A stretch of 64,000 bases of DNA from an uncultured Chloroflexia bacterium (GTDB lineage Bacteria > Chloroflexota > Chloroflexia > QHBQ01 > JADMIH01). Position numbers and translations under genes: made by a program. Shown one piece after another: positions 1 through 10,719 of the stretch. Position 1 is the first letter of the stretch; every line of letters begins with the position of its first letter. The DNA lies in contig CAWCNY010000003.1 in NCBI GenBank assembly GCA_963797095.1, forward strand, positions 480,001-544,000, written 5' to 3'. The notes under the pieces were generated by a model. The model saw nothing but the letters and a program-made list of their open reading frames with translations, had not been told where the DNA came from and ran no database searches.

Positions 1-83
1 GCCTGATTAGTTGGTATGTCCAGTTGCTGGGGCGATAAGGAAAGGGTTACCGGGCTGCTCGCAGGGTTCTGAGGGCTTTGCAT
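1..83 (-). CDS. 5' end of a gene running off the window (MQSPQNPASSPVTLSLSPQQ...)
   Basis: ATG at 83 on the minus strand, GGAGG 7 nt upstream, frame open to the window edge. Confidence 0.5.
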   Translation of the reverse strand, partial: MQSPQNPASSPVTLSLSPQQLDIPTNQ

Positions 84-251
84 AGGGTGCCACCTCCGGC
101 ATGTATTGTATCACGATCACGTATGGGCGGCATACGTCACCAGGACAAAAGGAGTGCCGCAAACATGAATGTGCTGCTAAGCGCTCCGATTTGAGGTGAG
201 AAGGCGTGTTCTCTTGTCCGAAATATGAACATTTACTATGCGCTGTAGGCG

Positions 252-280
252 TTGACGTGATATACGGTGCGTGCTATGAT
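252..280 (+). promoter_or_regulatory. sigma70-type promoter for the 398..3292 gene
   Basis: TTGACG-17 bp-TATGAT with an extended -10 TG. Confidence 0.55.
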
Positions 281-397
281 CAAGGTCACGAACCCTAACA
301 CCGAACGCTACCGGTCTCTTACACCCGATTTGTCTTTCGTATTTACTACGTTCTATGAGCGTGCGTCTTGTGACGCTACCAGGAAAGGGCCACTACA

Positions 398-3292
398 ATG
401 CAAAATGCACCTGTGAGTGAGGCACATCAGCCAGCAGACGCCAGGGACCAGAAAAAGAAATCGAAGAAGAGGCAATGGTTCAAAGCGATAGTATCAACGT
501 TGATCGCTATCGTCACAATCGTGGGGGCATGGGTGGCATGGCGTGCCCAGGTCGCGGGTGGCGATGGGGGCGACAATGACGCTAGAGGCTTGTTGGCGCT
601 TCAAAACAACCAGGAGACGGTAGCTCTCAGTTATATACAGGCGAACAGCCACGAGATCGCCTATACGGATTATCTACGCAATCGTAAGATCGCGATTGGG
701 ATGATGCAAGATGGTACGGTACAAAACGCCCTGGACCCGGAAAGCGTGGCCCTGCAGATAACGCAGACGCTGGACCTGGCGAATACCAACAAGTATTTCT
801 TCTTCCCCGGGCGCTACCTGGACCAGAACGACCAGTACGATTTCAACCGCGAGGTCAATGAGCTATATGCCAAAGCTGAGCAGGAGAAAGACCTGGATTT
901 CCAGAAATACTTCGATGCGTCAGACGCGTCGGGCGACAAGGTAATGGGCCTGATCGCGCTCCTTATCGTGCTGGCGGCATCGCTCTGGCTGCTTGCGCTG
1001 TCTGAGATCCTCGTCAGCGCCGTCAAGTATATGACCGGGCTTGGAGGCCTCATTTTCCTGATCATTGGAGGAGTGGCAGCCTACATAATTGATGCGGACC
1101 TGGCAGCACCCGGTGTCGTAGGGGCGGTGGTATGGCCCGTATCATTGATAGCAGGTGGCCTAACACTGGTGCTGGTGCTAGGTGCGGGCGTGCTGGTGCT
1201 GGCAAGCCGAGGAGGAAAGAAAAGGGTAGCCGTGGCGACACACGCGGGGCCACCTCCTGAGATGGGATATACCAATCCCCCACCCGGCTATGGAGGCTCG
1301 TATCCGCCACCTCCTCCCCCGCCGGGCTATCCGCCTCCTCCTGCTAATACACCCACACCGGTGTATGTGCCGACCAATGTACCGCCTCAATATCAGGGGA
1401 TGCCCCCCGCGCAGGGACAATATCCAGGTCCCGTGGCGAATATGAACACCCCGGCACCACCCGCTACACAAGCTAGAGAAGAAGAGGAGGAGGAAGAGGA
1501 GAAGGAGGAGCCGTTCAAGCAGATAGTGACGGTTTTGATCGCTACCGTGGCCTTGATCGCGACATTGATCGCTTACTTGCAAGCCGATGCTTCCAACCAG
1601 GCCGGTGGAGCGAACCGTAACGTGCAGCAGTACGCGCTGGATGCGCTGGGCGAGCGCACGTATGGGGAATCGCAGCTTGGGTACCACTATTACACAGCCG
1701 CGCAGGCATGGAAGCAACTGGATGTACTGGCGACTTCATCGGACCGGCATGGCAACTCGGCGGCGGCTGCACGCTATCGCAGCGCAATGGACGCCATAAG
1801 CCAGCGAACCGATATTTTTGATGCGAAGTATTTCGACCCCGATACGGACGTTGTACCCAACAGCGACGCTTATGCCGCAGACCTGTATGTTACCAGCGCA
1901 GCCGACCTGGCCGAACGCTCTGTGCTCCAGCTTGCATTGCATAGCGCCTGGGACGACAAAGCAAACGCCTATATAGCTCACCTGACCTTGCTCGCTGTGG
2001 CGCTCGCCCTCTTCGGCCTGGGATTGGCGATATCGGGGTTTGTGCGCTATATCTTCGCGGTCGCGGGGGTTCTAATGGTGAGTTTCACGATCGTGTGGGC
2101 TATGGGCACCTTTTTGCAGTCTATCACAACGATCAGCGACGAGGCTGTGGATGCCTATGCCATCGGGTATGGAGATAATTACGCTGCACGGTACCAGGAT
2201 GCGGTCGATTCTCTAAATAAGGCGCTGGACCTGGAGCCGGGCTATGCCAATGCACTGGCTGCACGCGCCGACGCTTACCTGGGCCTGTATTATGACGCAT
2301 ATTCGGACAACTACTATTCCACACTATCAGGCGATACAGACGCGGCAGACAAGAGCGCCCAGGAGGCGAATGATCTTCTACAGAAGGCCATCGACAACTA
2401 TGAAGCGGCCCGCACGGCGGGCAAGGACGATGTGAATGTCAACTGGAACCTGGGGTGGGCGTATTACTTGCAGGGGAAGTATGACGAAGCGATACAGACG
2501 GATGATCACGTGCTGGAACTCGACTCGACTACGATCGGTGTGAGGATGAACCGGGCGATAGCGCTGCTGGCAAGCGGTAGATATGAGGACGCGGAACTGG
2601 AATACAATACGGCGATCGCGCGTACCAGCGACCTGGTCACCGACGCGCTGGACAAAGGGAAGACGCTGTCTGCCGACTTCTGGTACTACCTGAACGCGGG
2701 GGTGGGCGATCTGTTCAACTTAGCCCTGAGGATGGAGGGTCTCAACTTCTACTTTACCGAGGCACCGCCTGGGGATACAATCGCCGATCCCAAACAGACG
2801 GAAAGCGAGGACTTGAACACCATCATCAAGCTGAGGAACAAGATCGCCATCTTTGAATATCAAGCGACCTATGGGAAGATGCCGGACCAGGCGCAAACGG
2901 GTGCAACGGTTGATCCTTTCGAGTTCGGGGCGGTTGTGGACGGGCAATCACAGGAAGCGACCGGCATAATATTCCCCAGCAACACGAAGGGGGTGAATAT
3001 GTATTACAGCTACCAGAACATCCCCGCCGGCTCGCGTGTGTCGTTCAAGGTGTACATCAATTTCTTCCATTACCCCGAATACGACTATGTCGTGGACGAT
3101 TGGGAGAATCCCGTAAATGATAGCAGAAAAATCACTGTTACCGACCCGTATGAGCAAGACAGTGAGGCGTATTATATGGCCCCAGGGCTGTATGAGATGG
3201 AGATGTACGTGGACAACCAGTACGTCCAGAGCGGGATCTTCTACGTTCAGTCGCCCGCCGAGGAGCAGGCGACGAAGAATAGTACGCCTTGA
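398..3292 (+). CDS. Multi-pass membrane protein: duplicated TM module, Pro-rich/poly-Glu linker, TPR region, C-terminal soluble domain
   Basis: 964 aa ORF; two similar hydrophobic modules; TPR-like segments (YQDAVDSLNKALDLEPGYANALAARADAY; NLGWAYYLQGKYDEAI). Confidence 0.75.
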   Translation: MQNAPVSEAHQPADARDQKKKSKKRQWFKAIVSTLIAIVTIVGAWVAWRAQVAGGDGGDNDARGLLALQNNQETVALSYIQANSHEIAYTDYLRNRKIAIGMMQDGTVQNALDPESVALQITQTLDLANTNKYFFFPGRYLDQNDQYDFNREVNELYAKAEQEKDLDFQKYFDASDASGDKVMGLIALLIVLAASLWLLALSEILVSAVKYMTGLGGLIFLIIGGVAAYIIDADLAAPGVVGAVVWPVSLIAGGLTLVLVLGAGVLVLASRGGKKRVAVATHAGPPPEMGYTNPPPGYGGSYPPPPPPPGYPPPPANTPTPVYVPTNVPPQYQGMPPAQGQYPGPVANMNTPAPPATQAREEEEEEEEKEEPFKQIVTVLIATVALIATLIAYLQADASNQAGGANRNVQQYALDALGERTYGESQLGYHYYTAAQAWKQLDVLATSSDRHGNSAAAARYRSAMDAISQRTDIFDAKYFDPDTDVVPNSDAYAADLYVTSAADLAERSVLQLALHSAWDDKANAYIAHLTLLAVALALFGLGLAISGFVRYIFAVAGVLMVSFTIVWAMGTFLQSITTISDEAVDAYAIGYGDNYAARYQDAVDSLNKALDLEPGYANALAARADAYLGLYYDAYSDNYYSTLSGDTDAADKSAQEANDLLQKAIDNYEAARTAGKDDVNVNWNLGWAYYLQGKYDEAIQTDDHVLELDSTTIGVRMNRAIALLASGRYEDAELEYNTAIARTSDLVTDALDKGKTLSADFWYYLNAGVGDLFNLALRMEGLNFYFTEAPPGDTIADPKQTESEDLNTIIKLRNKIAIFEYQATYGKMPDQAQTGATVDPFEFGAVVDGQSQEATGIIFPSNTKGVNMYYSYQNIPAGSRVSFKVYINFFHYPEYDYVVDDWENPVNDSRKITVTDPYEQDSEAYYMAPGLYEMEMYVDNQYVQSGIFYVQSPAEEQATKNSTP

Positions 3293-3341
3293 TCCTTAGC
3301 ATAAGAGAGTAAGCTGGGGTCGATCATGCACGAGAAGGCAT

Positions 3342-4367
3342 ATGCTGTTTGACGCATTGATTGGCGCCGACCTGGAGCAAGCAGGACACGCGGCAGAGGT
3401 GGCCGAGCGGCTTGGCCTGGACGGGGTGTGGACTAATGAGACAGCGCACGACCCCTTCCTGACGCTGGCGCAGGCGGCGATGGCAACCGAGAGGGTGCAG
3501 CTAGGCACGGCGGTTGCCATCGCTTTCCCGCGCAGCCCGACCACGATGGCATACACAGGCTGGGACCTGGCGCGGGCCTCAAGGGGGCGGTTTATCCTGG
3601 GGTTGGGCACGCAGGTGAAGGCGCATATCGAGCGACGCTTTTCGGTGGCGTGGGATGCGCCTGTGGAACGACTGCGTGACTATATCGGGGCGGTGAGGGC
3701 GGTGTGGGAGTGCTGGCAGACAGGGGAGCGGTTGCGGTACGAGGGGCCTTACTATAGTTTGAAGCTGATGACGCCGTTCTTTAGCCCACCACCCCTGGAC
3801 AACCCGGCGGACGGGCCACCGATCTTTATCGCGGGGGTAAACCGCAGGCTGTGCAGGCTGGCGGGGGAGGTGTGCGATGGATTTCATGTGCACCCGTTTC
3901 ATACGGCGCTTTATGTGCGAGAGCATATTTTGCCGTGGATTGGGGAGGGGCTGGCAGCCGCGAGCAGAGGGCGCGGCGACGTGCAGGTCTGCGCCAGCGT
4001 GTTTGCTATAGTGGGGATGGGGGAGGACAGGGAGCGCGCAAGGGAGGATATACGCAAGCAGATCGCGTTCTATGCGTCCACGCCGACTTACCGGACGCTG
4101 CTGGATGCGCATGGGTGGGGAGATGTGGGCGAAAAGTTGAGCGGGTTGGCTAGGCGAGGCCGCTGGGACGAGATGGGGAGGTTGATCACGGACGAAATGC
4201 TGGCTGAGATCGCGGTGGAAGGTGATACGAGAGGGGAGGCAGCGCGTAGACTCAAGGAGCGTTATACTGGGGTGGCCGACAGGGTGGCTCTATACGAGCC
4301 GTTCGTGCCGGGCGAGCGGGACGACGAGTGGGCGGAGGCGGCTGCTGTAATGAGGGGCAAAGGATGA
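3342..4367 (+). CDS. LLM-class, probably F420-dependent oxidoreductase (TIGR03617-like)
   Basis: ETAHDPF, GTAVAIAFPRSP, GRFILGLGTQVKAHIERRF, FYASTPTY motifs. Confidence 0.85.
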   Translation: MLFDALIGADLEQAGHAAEVAERLGLDGVWTNETAHDPFLTLAQAAMATERVQLGTAVAIAFPRSPTTMAYTGWDLARASRGRFILGLGTQVKAHIERRFSVAWDAPVERLRDYIGAVRAVWECWQTGERLRYEGPYYSLKLMTPFFSPPPLDNPADGPPIFIAGVNRRLCRLAGEVCDGFHVHPFHTALYVREHILPWIGEGLAAASRGRGDVQVCASVFAIVGMGEDRERAREDIRKQIAFYASTPTYRTLLDAHGWGDVGEKLSGLARRGRWDEMGRLITDEMLAEIAVEGDTRGEAARRLKERYTGVADRVALYEPFVPGERDDEWAEAAAVMRGKG

Positions 4368-5044
4368 GCGGTATTTCGGGTATACGACTCGATTCGGTGA
4401 CGGGGCCGCACGCGGGGACCAGGTTATTGGCGGTGGGCGAGCCGCTGGAAAGCGCACAAGCGGTGATGCTGATGGTGCACGGGCGCGGTGCGACAGCCGA
4501 GGACATACTGTCACTGGCAGAGGAATTAGACGTGAGTGGGTTTGCGTATGTGGCCCCGCAGGCGGCGGGGAACACGTGGTACCCTTACCCTTTCCTCGCG
4601 CCTATGGAGATGAACGAGCCGTGGTTGTCGTCGGCGCTGTCGGTGGTGGGTGGGACGGTGCGATTGCTGGGGAGTAAGGGCTTTTCGCCGGAGAGAATAG
4701 CGGTGCTGGGGTTTTCGCAGGGGGCGTGCCTGGTTACGGAGTACGTGGCGCGCAACGCAAGGCGATATGGCGGCGTGGTGGGGCTGAGCGGGGGATTGAT
4801 TGGACCGGATGGCACACCACGCGCCTATCCAGGCTCAATGGAGGGCACGCCCGTGTTTCTGGGATGCAGCGATGTGGACCCGCATATCCCCAAGGAGCGG
4901 GTGTATGAGACCGAGAGGGTGTTCGAGAAACTCGGTGGAGAAGTAACGGCTCGCCTGTACCGGAATATGGGGCACACGGTCAATATGGATGAGATAGAGT
5001 TCGCGCGCGGCATTATGAGGAAGGCAGCGCCGGAGAACGCATAA
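4364..5044 (+). CDS. Phospholipase/carboxylesterase (alpha/beta hydrolase)
   Basis: HGRGA, GFSQG nucleophile elbow, DPHIP, MGH; ATGA overlap with the upstream stop gives a start at 4364. Confidence 0.85.
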   Translation: MSGISGIRLDSVTGPHAGTRLLAVGEPLESAQAVMLMVHGRGATAEDILSLAEELDVSGFAYVAPQAAGNTWYPYPFLAPMEMNEPWLSSALSVVGGTVRLLGSKGFSPERIAVLGFSQGACLVTEYVARNARRYGGVVGLSGGLIGPDGTPRAYPGSMEGTPVFLGCSDVDPHIPKERVYETERVFEKLGGEVTARLYRNMGHTVNMDEIEFARGIMRKAAPENA

Positions 5045-6151
5045 TGTTTGACATACTTGTGCGGGTGGTGGTTTTCCTGCTGGGGGTCGTACTGCTGTAC
5101 ACTGTGCTGCGGTCGGCTGTTGTGACGTTCATCCTGACCCGCGAGGGGCGCAGCTTTATTACTCGCAGGTTGTTCCTGGTTATGCGATTGATATTCAACG
5201 CGATCATCAATCGCTTCCCCGACTATAAGAGACGCGATCAGGTGATGGCGTTGTATGCGCCGATCAGTCTGTTGCTGCTGGTGGTGACATGGCTGGTGCT
5301 GTCTCTGGTGGGGTTTTCGGGGATGTTCTGGGCGACAGGCACCGAAGACCTGGAAACCGCGTACAGGCTCGGTATGTCGTCGCTGTTCACGCTCGGTTTT
5401 GCCTCGGCGGAGAACCTGGGGCAGACTGTGATCATTTTCGTGGCGGCCACTACAGGGCTGCTGCTGATCGCGGTGTTGATAGGATATTTGCCGACCATTT
5501 ACGCCGCATTTTCGAGGCGGGAGACGCTGGTGACGCTGCTGGAGGTACGAGCAGGCAACCCGCCTTTCGTGGCGGACCTGTTCGAGCGGTTCTATCGAAT
5601 CCACGGGTTTGAGAAGCTGAACGATATGTGGAGGCAGTGGGAGGTGTGGTTCGCTGAGCTGGACGAAACGCATACTTCGCTGGCGGTGCTGCCGTTCTAC
5701 AGGTCGCCGAGGGCGGGGCATTCGTGGATCGTGGCGGCGGGAGCGGTGCTCGAACTCGGCTTCGATGGCGGTTTCCACGCTCGATATTCCTCACGACGCG
5801 CAGGCGGACCTGTGCATCAGGGCTGGATACCTGGCTTTGCGCCATATCGCGGACTTCTTTGTACTGTCATACAACCCTGACCCTAAGAAGGGCGATCCTA
5901 TCAGCATTACGAAAGAGGAGTTTGATGCAGTGTATGACCGCCTGGCAAATTACGGCATCCCGATGAAGCCTAACCGACAGCTGGCGTGGGAGGATTTCGC
6001 GGGGTGGCGGGTGAATTATGATACGGTGCTGAGAGCGCTGGCGGTGCTGGCGATGGCCCCGGAAGCGCCCTGGATTTCGGACGAGAAGCGCATCCCTGAG
6101 CACGCGATCAGGCTAAGGAGGGTGTACAGGACGCTGGCGCGGGACGAGTAG
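5044..6151 (+). pseudogene. Membrane protein with a channel-like pore segment, split by a +1 frameshift near 5753 (possibly a sequencing artefact)
   Basis: ORFs 5044..5880 and 5765..6151 join into one 368-aa ORF if one A is removed from CGAACTCG (5751-5758); SLFTLGF pore-loop-like segment between TM helices. Confidence 0.65.
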
Positions 6152-6814
6152 CTAGGCTTTGCCGGAGAGGATGGGCCAGTTCCGATGGCGGGCTTCCTCG
6201 GCGAGTTGCTCGTCGGGATCGACTGCGTGGGGATGGCCGAAAAGTTGTAGGAATGGGATGTCGTTGGCGGTGTCGCCGTAGGCGTAGCAATTGGCGGGGT
6301 CCAGGTCCAATCTCTTGCAGATGGCGAGAGCGCGAGCCGCTTTCCCCTCACCCTGGCATGGCGGACCATCCAGGCGGGCGATATAGACTCCGTTGCGCTG
6401 AACATAGCGCGTACCCTCACCTTCGCCACCCAATGCCTCGGCTATGCGGACGATCAAGTCATGCAGGCCTGCGCTCAGTAGAAAAAGAGGCATCCCTTCT
6501 CGCTGGTGGGCCTTGAGACGCTCAAGTGTGCCGGGCTTAATTAGCTGCATTGCCTCCGGTACGACAGCCTCGACCAACCTGCCCACATTGGCTGCTTTCT
6601 GCCCTGCCATTGCCCGTTTGATGGCGGCTAGCCGCACGCTCTGTTTGAGCTTACCCGGTGCGATCTTGCCCAGGATGCCGAAGAAGTAGAACTGCGACTT
6701 CTGCCAGGGCGAGAAGAAGCCCATCTTGCTGCCCGCCGCCAGCGACATCCTGGGGAGGTTGCCGTCGATGAGAGTGCCTTCTACGTCTGAAAAAACGGCT
6801 GAGTTTGCGGGCAT
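6152..6814 (-). CDS. HAD-IB family hydrolase
   Basis: DVEGTL motif I, LLSAG motif II, K and AYGDTANDIP motifs III/IV. Confidence 0.85.
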   Translation of the reverse strand: MPANSAVFSDVEGTLIDGNLPRMSLAAGSKMGFFSPWQKSQFYFFGILGKIAPGKLKQSVRLAAIKRAMAGQKAANVGRLVEAVVPEAMQLIKPGTLERLKAHQREGMPLFLLSAGLHDLIVRIAEALGGEGEGTRYVQRNGVYIARLDGPPCQGEGKAARALAICKRLDLDPANCYAYGDTANDIPFLQLFGHPHAVDPDEQLAEEARHRNWPILSGKA

Positions 6815-6893
6815 AGGTGCTTTGGGATGACGAGTGACCGGTGACCGGTGGTTGGGATTAGTAGGTGTTGTTTTTGGTTTATTGGCTATGTGG

Positions 6894-8045
6894 TTAGTAG
6901 GTTATGCTATTGTCGGGTAGAATCTTGGATGGTTGGAGCTTCAGGCCGTGAGATAGATGGTTGTTTGCTCCTGTCTGGGCGTGATCTCCTATTATCGAGT
7001 TGTTATCTATGATGGTACCAGGGCCTATATTGGCTTCTGTGGCAATTATGCTGTTGTGAACGCGACTCCTGGGGGCGAAGGTCACACCTGCCCATGCTAC
7101 TACGTTTCTCAATTCCGCGTCTTCTTCTACACTGCAATTATCGCCGAGGACGGCAGGGCCGAGGATGAAAGCTCCTTTATCGAGGTGGCAACCTGCGCCA
7201 AGCACTACGGGACCGGACACGCGAGCATTATTGTGCACAAACGTGCCTTCGCCCGCCCACAGGTTGTCACGCATTAGCTCGACATCGAGGGGCATGGCGT
7301 GAGCTAGCCTGCCGGTAAGGAGATCGATATGGGCCTGGAGATACTTGGCGGGTGTACCGATGTCCATCCAGTACGCGCCACTCCTGTAGCCATACAGCGG
7401 CTTGCGCTCGTGAAGGAGGCGCGGGAAAAGGCCGTATTCCACCGAATAGGGGCGTCCCGGCGGTATCTCCTCCAATATTTGAGGGGGGGATATGTAGTCG
7501 AGCATGGCAGGCTCTATCAGGTAGGTGCCCGCGTTGATCCAGTTGGAGGTGGCTTCTTCGCGCTTGGGCTTTTCGGTGAAGCGCTGGATGCGACCTGAGT
7601 CCTCCATATCGACCACACCGTAGGCGCTGGGGTCCTCCACTGGGGTGAGGGAAATGGTGCACACCGAGCCGTTGTCGCGGTGGAAGCGGATCATGTCGGT
7701 GAGGTCGAGGTCGGTGAGGACATCGCCATTGAACACAAGAAAAGTCTCGTGGGGGTCGAGGTGGTCCTGGACGTTCTTGATGGCCCAGCCTGTGTCGAGT
7801 GGCCGCTCTTCGCGCACGTAGGTCAGGTTCACACCCAGGTGCGAGCCATCGCCGTAGGCGGTGATGAAGCCCTCGGAGCGATAGCCGACAGCCAGGATCA
7901 CATCCGTGATGCCGTGCTGCTTGAGGAGGTAAAGGACGTAATCGAAGAAGGGCCGGTTGACCAGGGGCAGGAGCGGCTTGGGTGTGTGTAATGTGAGCGG
8001 GCGGAGGCGCGTGCCTTGCCCGCCTACCAGGATTACTGCTTTCAT
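6894..8045 (-). CDS. NDP-sugar pyrophosphorylase (mannose-1-phosphate guanylyltransferase-like) with a C-terminal left-handed beta-helix
   Basis: MKAVILVGGQGTRLRPLT..PKPLLP, FTEKP, YWMDIGTP; true start at 8045, the ORF-track extension is spurious. Confidence 0.85.
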   Translation of the reverse strand: MKAVILVGGQGTRLRPLTLHTPKPLLPLVNRPFFDYVLYLLKQHGITDVILAVGYRSEGFITAYGDGSHLGVNLTYVREERPLDTGWAIKNVQDHLDPHETFLVFNGDVLTDLDLTDMIRFHRDNGSVCTISLTPVEDPSAYGVVDMEDSGRIQRFTEKPKREEATSNWINAGTYLIEPAMLDYISPPQILEEIPPGRPYSVEYGLFPRLLHERKPLYGYRSGAYWMDIGTPAKYLQAHIDLLTGRLAHAMPLDVELMRDNLWAGEGTFVHNNARVSGPVVLGAGCHLDKGAFILGPAVLGDNCSVEEDAELRNVVAWAGVTFAPRSRVHNSIIATEANIGPGTIIDNNSIIGDHAQTGANNHLSHGLKLQPSKILPDNSITY

Positions 8046-8113
8046 AGTTTTCGGTAGTCGGCAGCCGGCAGCCGGCTGCCGGTAGCCGGAGGGGGGTCGT
8101 TTCTGATAGCCGG

Positions 8114-9073
8114 CTACCGGCTGCCGGCTGCCTGCCTCCAATAGTCGAGAATATCGCGCAGGGTCCGTTCGATTGGTATGTTGGTTTGCCAGCCTGTGCG
8201 CTTGTGGAACTTTGCCGGGTCGCAGACCATTATGGGGATGTCGGAGGGGCGCATACGGGCGGGGTCCTGGCGCACTTCTACCTGCACCCGGCTCATACCG
8301 ATCAGGGTGTCGAGCACCCATTGGATCGCATAACCGTTGCCGGAACCTACATTGTACACCTCTCCAGGCTCGCCTTTTGTGATGGCTAGATAGTAGGCGC
8401 GTACCATGTCGCGCACGTCCGAAAAATCGCGCTCCGCCTCCAGGTTGCCCACGTAAATTACGGCTTCCTGTTTGCCTGCTTCGATGAGGGCCACCTGGCG
8501 GGCAAAGGCGGCGGTGACGAACGCATCGGTCTGGCCGGGACCGATATGGTTGAAGGCACGCACGCGGATGGTCGGCTGCTTGTAGCTGAGGAAATACTGG
8601 AGCGCGAGGGCATCCTGGGCGATCTTGCTGACGGCGTAAGGATTGTTGGGACGGAAAGGTGTCTCCTCATCGAGGGGGATGTCTTCAGGGCGCACCAGCC
8701 CATATTGTTCGGAGGAGCAGGCGATCATGATGCGCGCTTCGGGCGAGTGCTTTCTGAGAGAGTTGAGCAGGTTTAACTGTCCTACCACGTTGTTGACGAT
8801 GGTGGCTTCGGGGTCGGCGAAGGCGCGCTGGACATTGCTCTGAGCCGCCAGGTGAAAGACGAAGTCGGGCTTGAGATCGGCTATCATCTCATCGGCCTGT
8901 TCGCGACTGGTGAGATCGCAAGCGCGCCACTGGAGGCGAGACAACTCGATACCGTCGGGGCGAGTATGGGCGTTTCCGAAGAGATCCCAACCTGTATGCT
9001 GGTCGAGGTATGTGAGCAGGTGCTTGCCGACGAAGCCACCCGCCCCCGTGATAAGCGCGCGTTTTTCAGGCAT
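8114..9073 (-). CDS. GDP-4-keto-6-deoxymannose reductase (Rmd)/GDP-mannose dehydratase family SDR
   Basis: ITGAGGFVG, HLAAQS, SSEQYG, YAVSK, RAFNHIGPGQ, RDFSDVRD. Confidence 0.8.
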   Translation of the reverse strand: MPEKRALITGAGGFVGKHLLTYLDQHTGWDLFGNAHTRPDGIELSRLQWRACDLTSREQADEMIADLKPDFVFHLAAQSNVQRAFADPEATIVNNVVGQLNLLNSLRKHSPEARIMIACSSEQYGLVRPEDIPLDEETPFRPNNPYAVSKIAQDALALQYFLSYKQPTIRVRAFNHIGPGQTDAFVTAAFARQVALIEAGKQEAVIYVGNLEAERDFSDVRDMVRAYYLAITKGEPGEVYNVGSGNGYAIQWVLDTLIGMSRVQVEVRQDPARMRPSDIPIMVCDPAKFHKRTGWQTNIPIERTLRDILDYWRQAAGSR

Positions 9074-9227
9074 ATTGAGTGGATTTAGTGACGGAGAACA
9101 CGGAGATCACATAGCTCAGGAAGATGCTCCGCAGGGATCCTGCGGCGTAGAGATTATACCCTAACCTGCAAGGAAGGCACAAACCAACGGAGTGGAGAGC
9201 TATATGATCCCCATGCGTATCGTGAGA

Positions 9228-9251
9228 GGGCGCGGCGTGCCGCGCCCCTAC
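9228..9251 (-). repeat. GTAG-type REP-like hairpin
   Basis: Minus strand reads GTAG-GGGCGCGGC-AC-GCCGCGCCC, a perfect 9-bp stem. Confidence 0.55.
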
Positions 9252-9281
9252 GGGTGGATTTGAATGTGCAATATGCCGATA

Positions 9282-10592
9282 TTATCTGGTGCCCACCGCC
9301 GAAGAGCGGCGGCCATTGGCGTCGACCACGTTGGGAACAAGCACTTCAAGCTTCTCGTCAGCAGGGAGACCGGCGTCACGCCTGAGAGCCTCGGCTTTGT
9401 CGGTGCGCTCCCAGGGGGCATCAATGTCGGTTCTGCCGAAGTGGCCGTAGGCCGCGGTCGCCTTGTAGATTGGCCTGCGAAGGTTGAGATCGCGGATGAT
9501 CGCGCCCGGACGCAGGTCGAAGTACTTGTTAACAAGCTCAAGTATCTGATCATTGGGGATGCGGCCAGTGCCGTAGGTCTCAACCATGATGGAGATTGGG
9601 TGAGCCACACCGATGGCATAGGAAAGCTGTATCTCGCACCTGTCGGCCAGGCCCGCAGCCACTATGTTCTTGGCGACGTAGCGTGCGGCGTAGGCAGCCG
9701 AGCGATCAACCTTGGTTGGGTCTTTGCCGGAGAAAGCGCCGCCGCCGTGGCGGGCAATACCGCCATAGGTATCCACGATGATCTTGCGCCCGGTAAGACC
9801 GGCATCGCCCATCGGCCCGCCGATCACGAACTTGCCGGTTGGGTTGATGTAGATGTGCGTGTTGCTGTCGAGCAGATTGGCGGGGATCACTCGTTCGATC
9901 ACCTCTTTGCGGATCGACTGCGCGATCTCCTCAAGTGTCACGTACGGCTCGTGTTGCGCGGAGATAACGACGGCATCGACGCGCACAGGCTTGCCGTGGT
10001 GGTACTCGACCGTCACCTGGCTCTTGCCGTCGGGGCGCAGCCAGGGGAGGACGTGGGTCTTACGGGCCTCGGAGAGGCGGCGCGCCAGCTTGTGGGCAAG
10101 TGAGATGGTGAGGGGCATCAACTCCTCAGTCTCGTTGCAGGCGAAGCCGATCATCATGCCCTGGTCACCAGCGCCGATCTTCTCGATCATATCATCGGTG
10201 TCCATAGCACCCTGCTTCGACTCATGGGCTTCGTCCACACCCATGGCGATATCGGGCGATTGCTCGTGAATTGATACGACCACCGCGCAGGTTTCGGCAT
10301 CGAAGCCGTACTTGGCGCGCACATAGCCGGCCTGCTCTATAGTGTCGCGGGCGATCTTTTGCACATTGATCCAGGCGTCGGTGGTGATCTCGCCCATGAC
10401 AACGATTAGGCCGGTGGTAGTGGCGCATTCGCAGGCCACGCGGGCATCGCTGTCCTGGGCCAGGATCGCGTCGAGCACGGCGTCCGAGATCTGGTCGCAC
10501 AGCTTGTCGGGGTGGCCCTCCGTCACCGACTCGGAGGTGAGGAAAAGTTGTGGTGCCGACATGAATGTCGGTTCGCGTTGTTCTTTGCCCAT
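9282..10592 (-). CDS. metK: S-adenosylmethionine synthetase
   Basis: [36 protein letters not shown]; AAGGAG RBS. Confidence 0.97.
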   Translation of the reverse strand: MGKEQREPTFMSAPQLFLTSESVTEGHPDKLCDQISDAVLDAILAQDSDARVACECATTTGLIVVMGEITTDAWINVQKIARDTIEQAGYVRAKYGFDAETCAVVVSIHEQSPDIAMGVDEAHESKQGAMDTDDMIEKIGAGDQGMMIGFACNETEELMPLTISLAHKLARRLSEARKTHVLPWLRPDGKSQVTVEYHHGKPVRVDAVVISAQHEPYVTLEEIAQSIRKEVIERVIPANLLDSNTHIYINPTGKFVIGGPMGDAGLTGRKIIVDTYGGIARHGGGAFSGKDPTKVDRSAAYAARYVAKNIVAAGLADRCEIQLSYAIGVAHPISIMVETYGTGRIPNDQILELVNKYFDLRPGAIIRDLNLRRPIYKATAAYGHFGRTDIDAPWERTDKAEALRRDAGLPADEKLEVLVPNVVDANGRRSSAVGTR

Positions 10593-10615
10593 GATATGCT
10601 TGTTCTCCTTTTTAT

Positions 10616-10719
10616 GGTTCCAAGTTCCTGGTAGTCGGTAGTCGGTAGTCGGTAGTCGGTAGTCGGTAGTCGGTAGTCGGTTGTGGGACTAGGAACTTGG
10701 AACTTGGAACTTGGAACTT
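10616..10719. repeat. Heptamer arrays: (GGTAGTC)x7 at 10630-10678 and (GGAACTT)x4 at 10692-10719
   Basis: Read directly from the sequence. Confidence 0.95.

Noticed and set aside
5751-5758. Programmed ribosomal frameshifting at the CGAACTCG sites
   Set aside because: Not a slippery sequence, and one of the three sites is in the opposite orientation relative to its gene
8046-8321. Long N-terminal extensions from the ORF track (NDP-sugar synthase, ahcY, 13077 receiver, coxM, VWA)
   Set aside because: They overlap neighbours or repeats; downstream starts fit the family N-termini or have better RBSs
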